A stretch of 64,000 bases of DNA from Candidatus Poribacteria bacterium (lineage in GTDB: Bacteria > Poribacteria > WGA-4E > WGA-3G), in NCBI GenBank assembly GCA_964291315.2, contig OZ219753.1, forward strand, positions 384,001 through 448,000, written 5' to 3'. Both the position numbers and the translations under genes were made by a program. Below, piece after piece: positions 28,920-37,294 of this stretch (positions within the stretch are counted from its first letter, which is position 1; each line of letters begins with the position of its first letter). The notes under the pieces are model-generated. The model had not been told where the DNA came from, did not search any database, and was given only the letters and a program-made list of their open reading frames with translations.

Positions 28920-30320
28920 ATGCATGAAACCCCACTTTACTTTAAGACTATAATAGAGATCGCGGAAGCAATTGCCTCTAGGCAGCTATCCCCTGTTGAT
29001 GTGACCATTGCAATGTTGGAGCGCATAGAGCAGCTTGATGCTCAATGGATGAGCTACGCCACAGTGATGCCAGAATATGCGATGCGTTCAGCGGAAAAGG
29101 CGGGAAAAGAGATTAGTGCGGGGATGTCCCGCGGTCCACTTCACGGTGTTCCCGTTGCTGTAAAGGACCTCTGCTTTACGAAAGGTGTGCGCACGATGGG
29201 CGCGGCGAAAGTTCTCACGGGTCATGTACCTACCTTCAATAGCACAGTCATCGCCAAGTTGGAAGCAGCGGGTGCAGTCCTGCTCGGCAAGCTCAACTTG
29301 ACTGAGGGGGCAATGGGGGGCTACAATCCGGAATTCGATATTCCCAAGAACCCTTGGAACCCCGAGCGGTGGACAGGTTCTTCGTCAAGTGGTTCCGGTG
29401 TCGCGACAGCAGCAGGATTGTGTTTCGGTTCACTCGGCACTGACACAGGCGGTTCCATTCGATTTCCAGCCGCATCGTGTGGCATTGTGGGTATAAAACC
29501 GACCTGGGGCAGAGTCAGTCGTTATGGTGTGCTTGCACTTGCAGAGTCGATGGACCATGTCGGCACGATGACCCGCAGCGTCGCTGATGCAGCAATTATG
29601 CTTGAGGCGATCGCAGGTTCTGATCCGAATGACCCAACCGCTTTGTCAAACCCTGTGCCTAACATGCTTGAGCAGATCGGGCGCGGAATTCAAGGCATCC
29701 GCATCGGGTTTGATGAGAACTACGCGACCAAAGATATTGAGAGTGAACTCGCCGAAGCCGTCTACGCCAGTGTGAAGGTCCTTGCGGAGCAAGGAGCTGA
29801 GATCGTTGAAGTGGAGCTGCCTGATATGGACGAATACGTATCAGCGTGGCCCGAGCTCTGTTCTGCTGAGGCGGTATTGGCGCATGCAGCTACCTATCCA
29901 TCCCAACGAGACGCTTACGGGCCCTGGTTCCGAGCATGGCTAGATATGGGATCGAAAGTGACAGGGGCTGATTATGCAAAAGCGAATAATTTAAGAGCGG
30001 TCTGCACAGGGCACTTACAGAAGGCATTTGAGGGAATCGATGTGCTGGTATGTCCCTCTATGTCCGCGCCGCCGCACGCAGTCACGCCGGAGAGGTTATA
30101 TGGGCAGTATGAAGCACGAGATCCGAAGTTTCAACGGTTCACTGTGCCATTTAACTATAACGGGGCGCCAACTCTTTCTGTGCCGTGTGGCATGAACAGC
30201 GAAGGGTTGCCGTTGAGCATTCAGTTTGTCGGAAAACAGTTGACAGAGCCGCTGTTGTGCCGGGTCGGGCATGCCTATGAGTGTGCCACCCCGTGGCATT
30301 CTCTCCATCCGAATATTTAA
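28920..30320 (+). CDS. Amidase signature family protein
   Basis: GPLHGVPVAVKD, GSSSSGS, GTDTGGSIRFPA. Confidence 0.93.
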   Translation: MHETPLYFKTIIEIAEAIASRQLSPVDVTIAMLERIEQLDAQWMSYATVMPEYAMRSAEKAGKEISAGMSRGPLHGVPVAVKDLCFTKGVRTMGAAKVLTGHVPTFNSTVIAKLEAAGAVLLGKLNLTEGAMGGYNPEFDIPKNPWNPERWTGSSSSGSGVATAAGLCFGSLGTDTGGSIRFPAASCGIVGIKPTWGRVSRYGVLALAESMDHVGTMTRSVADAAIMLEAIAGSDPNDPTALSNPVPNMLEQIGRGIQGIRIGFDENYATKDIESELAEAVYASVKVLAEQGAEIVEVELPDMDEYVSAWPELCSAEAVLAHAATYPSQRDAYGPWFRAWLDMGSKVTGADYAKANNLRAVCTGHLQKAFEGIDVLVCPSMSAPPHAVTPERLYGQYEARDPKFQRFTVPFNYNGAPTLSVPCGMNSEGLPLSIQFVGKQLTEPLLCRVGHAYECATPWHSLHPNI

Positions 30321-30323
30321 AGA

Positions 30324-30440
30324 TCATTTTACCTGTTTTTGCACGCCCGAACCAGATGCGACGTTAGGTGGTTTATCAGACGGTTTAAGGTATGCCACTT
30401 CCGTTCCTTCAGGCGTGTACACGCGGATATCCTCTTCGGA
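30324..30440 (-). pseudogene. Remnant resembling the C-terminus of SMP-30/gluconolactonase
   Basis: IRVYTPEGTEVAYLKPSDKPPNVASG resembles the last beta-propeller blade; no plausible independent start. Confidence 0.4.
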
Positions 30441-30480
30441 TTCGTTAGGGTTTGTCGCGTCCCGAGACAAAGAGCATTGG

Positions 30481-31725
30481 TTAGAAGTTTTCAATGATCG
30501 CTGCACCGAACTCAGAGGTGCGGACCTTTGTCGCACCTTCCATCAGGCGCTCCAGATCGTAGGTCACTCGCTTTTGAAGGATAGTTTTCTCAAGTCCAGT
30601 AATAATCAGTTCAGCTGCTTCCTGCCAACCGATATGCTCTAATAGCATCACCGCAGAAAGGATAAGTGAACTGGGGTTGACAACGTCTTGGTCTGTGTAT
30701 TTGGGGGCAGTACCGTGGGTTGCTTCAAAGAGCGCCACTTCATCGCTGAGGTTGCCACCGGGGGCCATGCCGATACCGCCGACTTGTGCAGCTGCTGCGT
30801 CCGAAAGATAGTCACCGTTCAGATTCGGAGTGACAATTACATCGTACTCATCGGTGCGTGTCAGAATCTGTTGTAACATGCTATCCGCGATCCTGTCGTT
30901 AACAACAATTTTGCCTTCCGGACGTTCACCGTGGTATTTATCGTAGAGTTCTGCTTCCGTGATTGTTTGATCTGCGAATTCTTCTCTTGCGAGTTCATAG
31001 CCCCAAGCACAAAATGCGCCCTCGGTGAACTTCATAATGTTGCCCTTATGCACAAAAGTGACAGTGCTTCTGCCGTGATCAATGGCGTATTGGATCGCCA
31101 TCCGCGCCAAGCGTTTCGTCGCGAAAATGCTAATCGGTTTTACACCAATACCAGAATCTTCTCGAATTTCTACGCCCATTTCGGAGTGCAGAAGTTCAAT
31201 AACTTTCTTCGCCTCTGGGGTGCCTTGTTCCCATTCGATACCCGCATAAACATCTTCAGTGTTCTCACGGAAGATAACAACGTCCATTTTTTCAGGATGC
31301 GTGACGGGTGCTGGGACTCCTTGGAAATATCGGACAGGCCGAACGCATGCGTAGAGTTCAAGTACCTGGCGCAACGTCACGTTTAGACTCCGAAACCCGC
31401 CGCCGACGGGTGTTGTTAGCGGTCCTTTAAGGGCAACCCGGAAGAACTCAATCGCGTCGAAGGTATCTTGGGGGAGCCACTCACTATATTTCTCCATCGC
31501 GTTTTCGCCGGCATAAACCTCAAACCAAACTATCCCTTTTTGATGGTTGTAGGCCGCTTTGATAGCGCTATCAACAACGTGCTGGGCCACCTTCGTGATG
31601 TCGCGTCCGATACCGTCGCCTTCAATGAACGGGATAATCGGCTGATTCGGCACAACGAGCCGTCCGTCAACGATTCCAATTCTTTCACCTTCTGTTGGAG
31701 CTGTTAATTGCTCTAATTCAATCAC
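30481..31725 (-). CDS. icd: NADP-dependent isocitrate dehydrogenase
   Basis: [46 protein letters not shown]. Confidence 0.96.
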   Translation of the reverse strand: MIELEQLTAPTEGERIGIVDGRLVVPNQPIIPFIEGDGIGRDITKVAQHVVDSAIKAAYNHQKGIVWFEVYAGENAMEKYSEWLPQDTFDAIEFFRVALKGPLTTPVGGGFRSLNVTLRQVLELYACVRPVRYFQGVPAPVTHPEKMDVVIFRENTEDVYAGIEWEQGTPEAKKVIELLHSEMGVEIREDSGIGVKPISIFATKRLARMAIQYAIDHGRSTVTFVHKGNIMKFTEGAFCAWGYELAREEFADQTITEAELYDKYHGERPEGKIVVNDRIADSMLQQILTRTDEYDVIVTPNLNGDYLSDAAAAQVGGIGMAPGGNLSDEVALFEATHGTAPKYTDQDVVNPSSLILSAVMLLEHIGWQEAAELIITGLEKTILQKRVTYDLERLMEGATKVRTSEFGAAIIENF

Positions 31726-31754
31726 TCAGTATTCCTCTCTTTCCTGTGCGATAT

Positions 31755-31822
31755 AGTTGTCGCATAGTCTGTTAGTTTGCTGTGCCACTTTAGATGATGC
31801 CAATAATTAGCAAGCTTGCGTT
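31755..31822 (+). repeat. Dispersed element copy 7 (right half)
   Basis: GTTGTCGCATAGTCTGTTAG...CCAATAATTAGCAAGCTTGCGTT. Confidence 0.65.
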
Positions 31823-31832
31823 CCGTATATCA

Positions 31833-32519
31833 CTATTTGTCAGTTTTTAGGCGTTTTATTTCAGCCAATGCCTCGGCGAGTTCGGCTTCTGCTTTTTGTC
31901 GTGCTTTAGCCTCGGCTTGTGCCCGGGCATCGGCAGACTCCAGCCACGCTGAACGAACAGGATCATAAAACCCGAGTCGCCCCGCACGCTCTCCTAACTC
32001 TAAACCCAGCACAAACGAAGGCAGCCGACCATCCACAAACGCGATCTCCTCATACATGCCCGCCACAAGACGATACCCGAGAAAAGCAGGCGACACCTCG
32101 CCATAAGGATCGTAAATGTAATACTCACGCACACGCAGCACCGAGGCATACAAGTCACGCTTAGTCGTCAAGTCGTGCTGATAGGTGCTTGGACTCGCCA
32201 ACTCTAACACAAAATCGGGGGCGTGTCCCTCGTCCCAGACCCGATAGGTGCGCCGATCCTTTTTGCTAACCCCGAAGACAACGAACACATCTGGCGACAC
32301 CGATTTCTTAGGGTTGCCCTCCTCATAATACATCATCAGGTTGCCAGAGACATATACATCGTCGATCTCTTGGAAGTGGTGCCTGAGTATCTGAATGCAA
32401 CGCATCATGAGGTCTCTGTGTTTGTCGGTCTCTGCCATGGGTTTACCGTCCGATTCGGGATAGACAATCGTTGGGTCTGGGTAGACCAACGTTGGAACGG
32501 CTTTTATTCTTCTGTCCAT
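31833..32519 (-). CDS. Uma2 family (PD-(D/E)xK) endonuclease
   Basis: YPESDGKPMAET, SPDVFVV, PDFVLELASPST, EYYIYDP; coiled-coil tail. Confidence 0.9.
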   Translation of the reverse strand: MDRRIKAVPTLVYPDPTIVYPESDGKPMAETDKHRDLMMRCIQILRHHFQEIDDVYVSGNLMMYYEEGNPKKSVSPDVFVVFGVSKKDRRTYRVWDEGHAPDFVLELASPSTYQHDLTTKRDLYASVLRVREYYIYDPYGEVSPAFLGYRLVAGMYEEIAFVDGRLPSFVLGLELGERAGRLGFYDPVRSAWLESADARAQAEAKARQKAEAELAEALAEIKRLKTDK

Positions 32520-32587
32520 GGGTCTCCCTCCTGTTGCTGCTATTGTAATGAATTTATAGGATAAAGTGTATCAGCAAAAGCTGCCTA

Positions 32588-32959
32588 TTATGGTTGGACG
32601 ATCTGCTGTTGCTTGAGGGCTTCGACATCGTCTGTCAGTGCTTCAATCTGCTTTTCGAAGATGCGTTCTTTTCTCATGCGCCACATCATTATCACTTGTG
32701 GGAGCCCTATGACGACCCCTATTATTACCATCAGCCACGTCATCATTTTTTCTATACCGCCGATGCGCCCATTTACAGCGTCGATGCGCCCATTGAGTGA
32801 GGCGACTTGAGTCTTTAGGGTCACGATGTCGGCTCTTATCGGCTTCAGCTCCTCGTTGATGATCAACCGTATCTTATTCAGATCGGCATCCGTTAACTCA
32901 CAGAACGTAGGCGAAGCAATCACATAAAAGAATACGGAGATTACAAATACCTTTTTCAT
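32588..32959 (-). CDS. Hypothetical exported coiled-coil/TM protein
   Basis: GGAG RBS; signal peptide, ELTDADLNKIRLII, coiled coil, TM helix. Confidence 0.7.
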   Translation of the reverse strand: MKKVFVISVFFYVIASPTFCELTDADLNKIRLIINEELKPIRADIVTLKTQVASLNGRIDAVNGRIGGIEKMMTWLMVIIGVVIGLPQVIMMWRMRKERIFEKQIEALTDDVEALKQQQIVQP

Positions 32960-32993
32960 CCCGGACTCCTCTGGTGCCTATTTTTTCTATCTA

Positions 32994-33126
32994 TAACGTG
33001 AGTTTGAAAAGAGATAGTGCAGGCTTTTATGTAGCCTAACCTGTCAGTTGCCGCATAGGCTGACAGGCTCCCGTGCCGCTTCAGCGCTTCTCACACAACA
33101 TACAAAATAATTAGCAGCCCGCGTTA
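32994..33126 (+). repeat. Dispersed element copy 8
   Basis: TAACGTGAGTTTGAAAA...GCATAGGCTGACAGGC...AATAATTAGCAGCCCGCGTTA. Confidence 0.8.
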
Positions 33127-33235
33127 GCCATAAGCAGCCGGATGAGGTGTATCAATCATCGACGAACCCCTCAAGCGATTGCAAAGGATCGCATAACAAA
33201 CAATTCCGACCTAACTGCTGACAGCCGTAGAGTCG

Positions 33236-34777
33236 CTATTTGCTGAAGGCATCCTTATCCGCCATCCGATTATGCAATGCCACTACTTCGTTGGGGATCG
33301 TCGTATCGTCAGCAGCTTTCGGGATAACATCAGGATGCGCCGGGATAACAGGTCTAATAATTTTTAATTGCAGTTGTTCACGGGCATCCATCATCCAGCC
33401 GAAACCTCGGAAGATGTAGGTCAACAGCGTTCTGTCGGTTTCGTAGATGTCCAATCCCTCTTGGACAGACCATCCGCCAAAGTCGGTGTTGGGTGTTAGC
33501 CGGAGTGGCGGCTGGTCTTCACGGCCTGGGCGGATAAAACCTTCAATAAAAGCGAGTTGATAAATACGTTGGGCAATCCCCAGGCGTTTTCTCTGCTGAT
33601 CGCTGAGTCGGATATCTCCGTTGTCAAGTGCTTCTAAAAACGGATTGAAGTAGATAGCGGGTCTCGGATCCTGCTGTATCTCATCAGAACGTCCAGCAGC
33701 AGCGATCTCGGGATGTCCGAAGGTCGGCAGTGCAGTCAGCATCCGCTGGTGGATTGCCTCCTCAAGCTCCTTGTCATCAAGAGATTCTATTTCGTTAATA
33801 AACGCTGTCATATCATGAATTGCCCCAAAGTGCCGGTTTCCATCTAGAGCCATCTGTGAAGCGACAAAAAAATCGGGGACCGCACCAGTGTGCAAAGTAG
33901 CAAGATAACGTGCGATAACATTAGATCCAGCGGAACCATGGTGGATCTGTATAATGCCCATCCGTTCAAGAATATCGGCCTCAATGGCGTTCGCCTTGCG
34001 GCCTAAGAGAAGGCTATAGGAGGTCTGGAAGGCGGTCTTTCCGTTTTTCTTATGCTCGGCGATGAGATCAGTCGCGCGCATCGCAAGAACTTGCGGGTGT
34101 AGGGCACTGTTCTCACGGAGGTGATGCCGCATATACGTGGAAACTGTTCCGATAGCAACATTTTCCATGTGTACCTCGATAAGTTCGGCGAGAAGCTCGC
34201 CCGGCTCTCTTGTGCTGCTGATTCCTTTTTGATCCGGATTGCTGATTTTACGGAGTGTTGAAAAATGTTGAATCACAGCTTCGGGGCCGGCTCCAGGGAA
34301 GGCTTTAACAAACTCTGCAACCTGATTGATAAGACGTTGGTCCCCTGTCAGATTCTCTCTATGCGCTGTCGTGATCTCATAAAATTTCTTGTCTATTAGT
34401 TGAGTGAGTGCTGTTTCTTCATCTACTTCGGGTCTTCTGCCAAAGAGCCCCACAAAAATAACATACGGTGGACTGAGTCGGCTTGCAAGGATCTCACTTT
34501 CAGATACGATACCGCGGAGGGCAAAACTACGAATATTCAGCGTTATCTGAGTGTCAGCGCAGTCAACCGCAGTTTTGTGCAGCACCGGATTCGCGAAAAC
34601 AGTCGTTGACTGCGGCATCGAGCTAAAACTGTTAAGCACCGCTAAAATTCCGGCTTCGCCTAACTCATTTGCTCTATTTAAAGCATCTGTTACTGGCGAA
34701 TACGCTGAGGCTTCAGGTACATCAGACAGGATTTTTTCAATCTCGGCTTCCTGCTTTGTCTCCAAATTCTTATTCAA
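33236..34777 (-). CDS. Divergent citrate synthase / citryl-CoA lyase family protein
   Basis: HHGSAGS, GNRHFGA, PTFGHP, DPR, PNTDF, R..GW line up with CS catalytic motifs. Confidence 0.65.
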   Translation of the reverse strand: MNKNLETKQEAEIEKILSDVPEASAYSPVTDALNRANELGEAGILAVLNSFSSMPQSTTVFANPVLHKTAVDCADTQITLNIRSFALRGIVSESEILASRLSPPYVIFVGLFGRRPEVDEETALTQLIDKKFYEITTAHRENLTGDQRLINQVAEFVKAFPGAGPEAVIQHFSTLRKISNPDQKGISSTREPGELLAELIEVHMENVAIGTVSTYMRHHLRENSALHPQVLAMRATDLIAEHKKNGKTAFQTSYSLLLGRKANAIEADILERMGIIQIHHGSAGSNVIARYLATLHTGAVPDFFVASQMALDGNRHFGAIHDMTAFINEIESLDDKELEEAIHQRMLTALPTFGHPEIAAAGRSDEIQQDPRPAIYFNPFLEALDNGDIRLSDQQRKRLGIAQRIYQLAFIEGFIRPGREDQPPLRLTPNTDFGGWSVQEGLDIYETDRTLLTYIFRGFGWMMDAREQLQLKIIRPVIPAHPDVIPKAADDTTIPNEVVALHNRMADKDAFSK

Positions 34778-35318
34778 AATTGGTTCTCCTTGATTAATTT
34801 ACTATTTTTTCGGGATAAGTTCAGTCTAGCAAACTTCACTGAATTTTAACCTGTCTGGATCCGCATAATCACCTGCACACTCGATGACGATAAGGTGCTA
34901 TAGGTTCCGATAAAAAACTCCTGACCGGCTATTTTCAAAACTCTAAATTATTTTAGCAGAATTTCGGTGAAAAGTCAAGATAAAAACTGAAAACTTTGGT
35001 GGGCGCTGAATTGTCTTGTAGGACCAGCTTGTAGAACATAGAAAGGCTCATAACCCCGAGACTTCATTGAAGAGCGGATCCCCTAATCTCGCCTTCTGCG
35101 ATACAAGTGTTTATAATGAATTCAAAAAACAGATCGGCGCAAAACATTGAAAATTTGACTTGCAGAAATGCAGATTTTGTAGTATCATTATTAGTGAATC
35201 TATTTGATTAAGGGACCTTTGCATGTACCCACATCATGTGAGAGCAATAAAGATATACCGGCGGTGCGATGCACGGTGCCTTCATTCTAGCTTTTACACA
35301 AACAAGGAGTTTAATTAG

Positions 35319-35615
35319 ATGAGCAATGAAGCATTAGGAATGGTTGAAACACGCGGACTCGTCGGCGCGGTTGAAGCCGCGGATGCTATGGTGAAAGCCG
35401 CAAACGTTAAACTGATGGGGAAAGAACAAGTCGGCGGCGGTTTTGTCACTGTCATGGTGCGTGGGGATGTCGGCGCGGTGCAAGCCGCAACAGACGCAGG
35501 CGCAGAAGCTGCAAAAACCGTCGGAGAATTGGTATCCGTACACGTCATCCCTCGCCCACACTCAGATGTGGAAACCATTCTCGGCGCGAGTTCAGCCAAA
35601 GGTGGCAGCAAATAA
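35319..35615 (+). CDS. BMC-H microcompartment shell protein (EutM/PduA-like)
   Basis: [31 protein letters not shown]. Confidence 0.95.
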   Translation: MSNEALGMVETRGLVGAVEAADAMVKAANVKLMGKEQVGGGFVTVMVRGDVGAVQAATDAGAEAAKTVGELVSVHVIPRPHSDVETILGASSAKGGSK

Positions 35616-35624
35616 ACGGATCCT

Positions 35625-35660
35625 GTAGGGCGACGGATGACTTGCACGCCTCAGCCCTAC
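35625..35660. repeat. GTAGGG...CCCTAC REP-like hairpin
   Basis: Inverted ends GTAGGGC/GCCCTAC between the BMC-H and aldehyde dehydrogenase genes. Confidence 0.5.
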
Positions 35661-35796
35661 ACCCCTTCCCCAAAAAGACGTTATGATTCCCACGGAGAAC
35701 GGGTCGGTAACACCCGCCCGGGTCCCGAAAAATACTCCATGATTTCACATATATCTTCACGAGTAGGACGTGCGTGAAGAGGCATTGGAGGGTTGA

Positions 35797-37224
35797 ATGG
35801 CACAAATTGACGAAAAAAATATCGAGCAAATCGTTTCCCAAGTTCTGAGAACCTTGCAGCAAGATCAATCGATAAGAGCTCAACCGTCGGAAACAATGAG
35901 TGCGCCCGCCTCGCGTGCCGGAGTTTTCGCCACAGCAACAGAAGCCATCGCTGCAGCCAAAACAGCACAAGCAGCATTCGTTAAACTTGGGTTCGCCAAA
36001 AGACGAGAAATTATAGAAGCAATTAAAGAGGTCTCACTTGCTAACGCTAAACGACTCGCGGATCTCGCCGTACAAGACACGAAAATGGGAAATGCAGCAC
36101 ACAAACTTATGAAAAATGAGGGTGCTGTCACACTTTCACCTGGTGTCGACGATCTGCTGTCGGAGTCAATCTCAGGGGATGCTGGAACGCTTCTGATTGA
36201 GTACGTTCCTTTCGGTGTTATCAACTCGATTACGCCCACTACAAATCCCACATCGACAGTGATTAATCACGCGATTATAATGCTATCTAGTGGAAATGCT
36301 GTTGTTTTTAGTGCACATCCGAACGCCCGCGATTGCACCGAAGAGACGATGCACGTTATTAACGAAGCAATTGTAAAGGCCGGTGCCCCGGCAAACTTGA
36401 TCACTTCTGTCGCAAATGCCAATCTACGGACCGCAAAAGAGATTATGGAGCATCCCGATATCGCTATGGTGGTTGCAACCGGCGGTGTTTCTGTTGTCAG
36501 AGCAGCCTTATCAAGCGGGAAAAAAACCGTCGCTGCAGGCCCCGGCAATCCACCTGCGATTATCGACGAAACCGCCGAGATCCAAGAAGCAGCCAAACAC
36601 GTGATAGCCGGTACCAGCTTCGATAATAACCTGCTCTGCATCGGAGAAAAAGCTCTCTTTGTTATAGACTCTGTCGCAGATCAAACTATCCAAGAACTCA
36701 CGCGAAATGGTGGACATCTGCTCGGCACAACCCAGCGCGAGAGGCTAGAAGCAGTTGTTACAGAAAACGGAGAGCCAAACAAGGAATACATAGGTAAAGA
36801 TGCTACGACTATCTTAAACGCCGCAGGCATCACTGCCCCGACAGAGACGGTCGCCATTGTTGTAGAAGTACCCGCGGACCATGAATTGGTCGTCAACGAG
36901 TACCTGATGCCGATCCTGCCCGTGGTTCGATGCCGAGATTTTGATGAAGCGTTGGCAGGTGCAGCCAGGGCAGAAGGCGGACGCAGACATACCGCAGTAC
37001 TCCACACAAATAATACCAAACGTATTACGCAATTCACAAAAACAATGGCCTGCTCTGTTACAGTCATCAACGCTCCCTCTTACGCCTCTTGTGGACTTGA
37101 AGGCGAAGGCTTTTTAGCGATGACTATCGCAGGCCCCACCGGCGAAGGCTTTACGCGACCACGCACCTTTACTCGCCAGAGACGATTAACACTTGCGAAC
37201 AATTTATCAGCACATACGCTGTGA
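35797..37224 (+). CDS. CoA-acylating aldehyde dehydrogenase (EutE/PduP-like) with N-terminal encapsulation peptide
   Basis: ITPTTNPT, ATGG, AGPGNPP, FDNNLLCIGEK, GPTGEG; N-terminal NIEQIVSQVLRTL plus linker. Confidence 0.9.
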   Translation: MAQIDEKNIEQIVSQVLRTLQQDQSIRAQPSETMSAPASRAGVFATATEAIAAAKTAQAAFVKLGFAKRREIIEAIKEVSLANAKRLADLAVQDTKMGNAAHKLMKNEGAVTLSPGVDDLLSESISGDAGTLLIEYVPFGVINSITPTTNPTSTVINHAIIMLSSGNAVVFSAHPNARDCTEETMHVINEAIVKAGAPANLITSVANANLRTAKEIMEHPDIAMVVATGGVSVVRAALSSGKKTVAAGPGNPPAIIDETAEIQEAAKHVIAGTSFDNNLLCIGEKALFVIDSVADQTIQELTRNGGHLLGTTQRERLEAVVTENGEPNKEYIGKDATTILNAAGITAPTETVAIVVEVPADHELVVNEYLMPILPVVRCRDFDEALAGAARAEGGRRHTAVLHTNNTKRITQFTKTMACSVTVINAPSYASCGLEGEGFLAMTIAGPTGEGFTRPRTFTRQRRLTLANNLSAHTL

Positions 37225-37294
37225 CGCGAATAGACCAACTTGCGGCAGGTCGTGCCGTTGAATTTTCACCTTTCCTAAGGTCGAATCGGGTGTT

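Noticed and set aside
16883-33126. CRISPR array interpretation of the repeats
   Set aside because: Copies are dispersed kilobases apart, degenerate and in both orientations; no spacer periodicity and no cas genes
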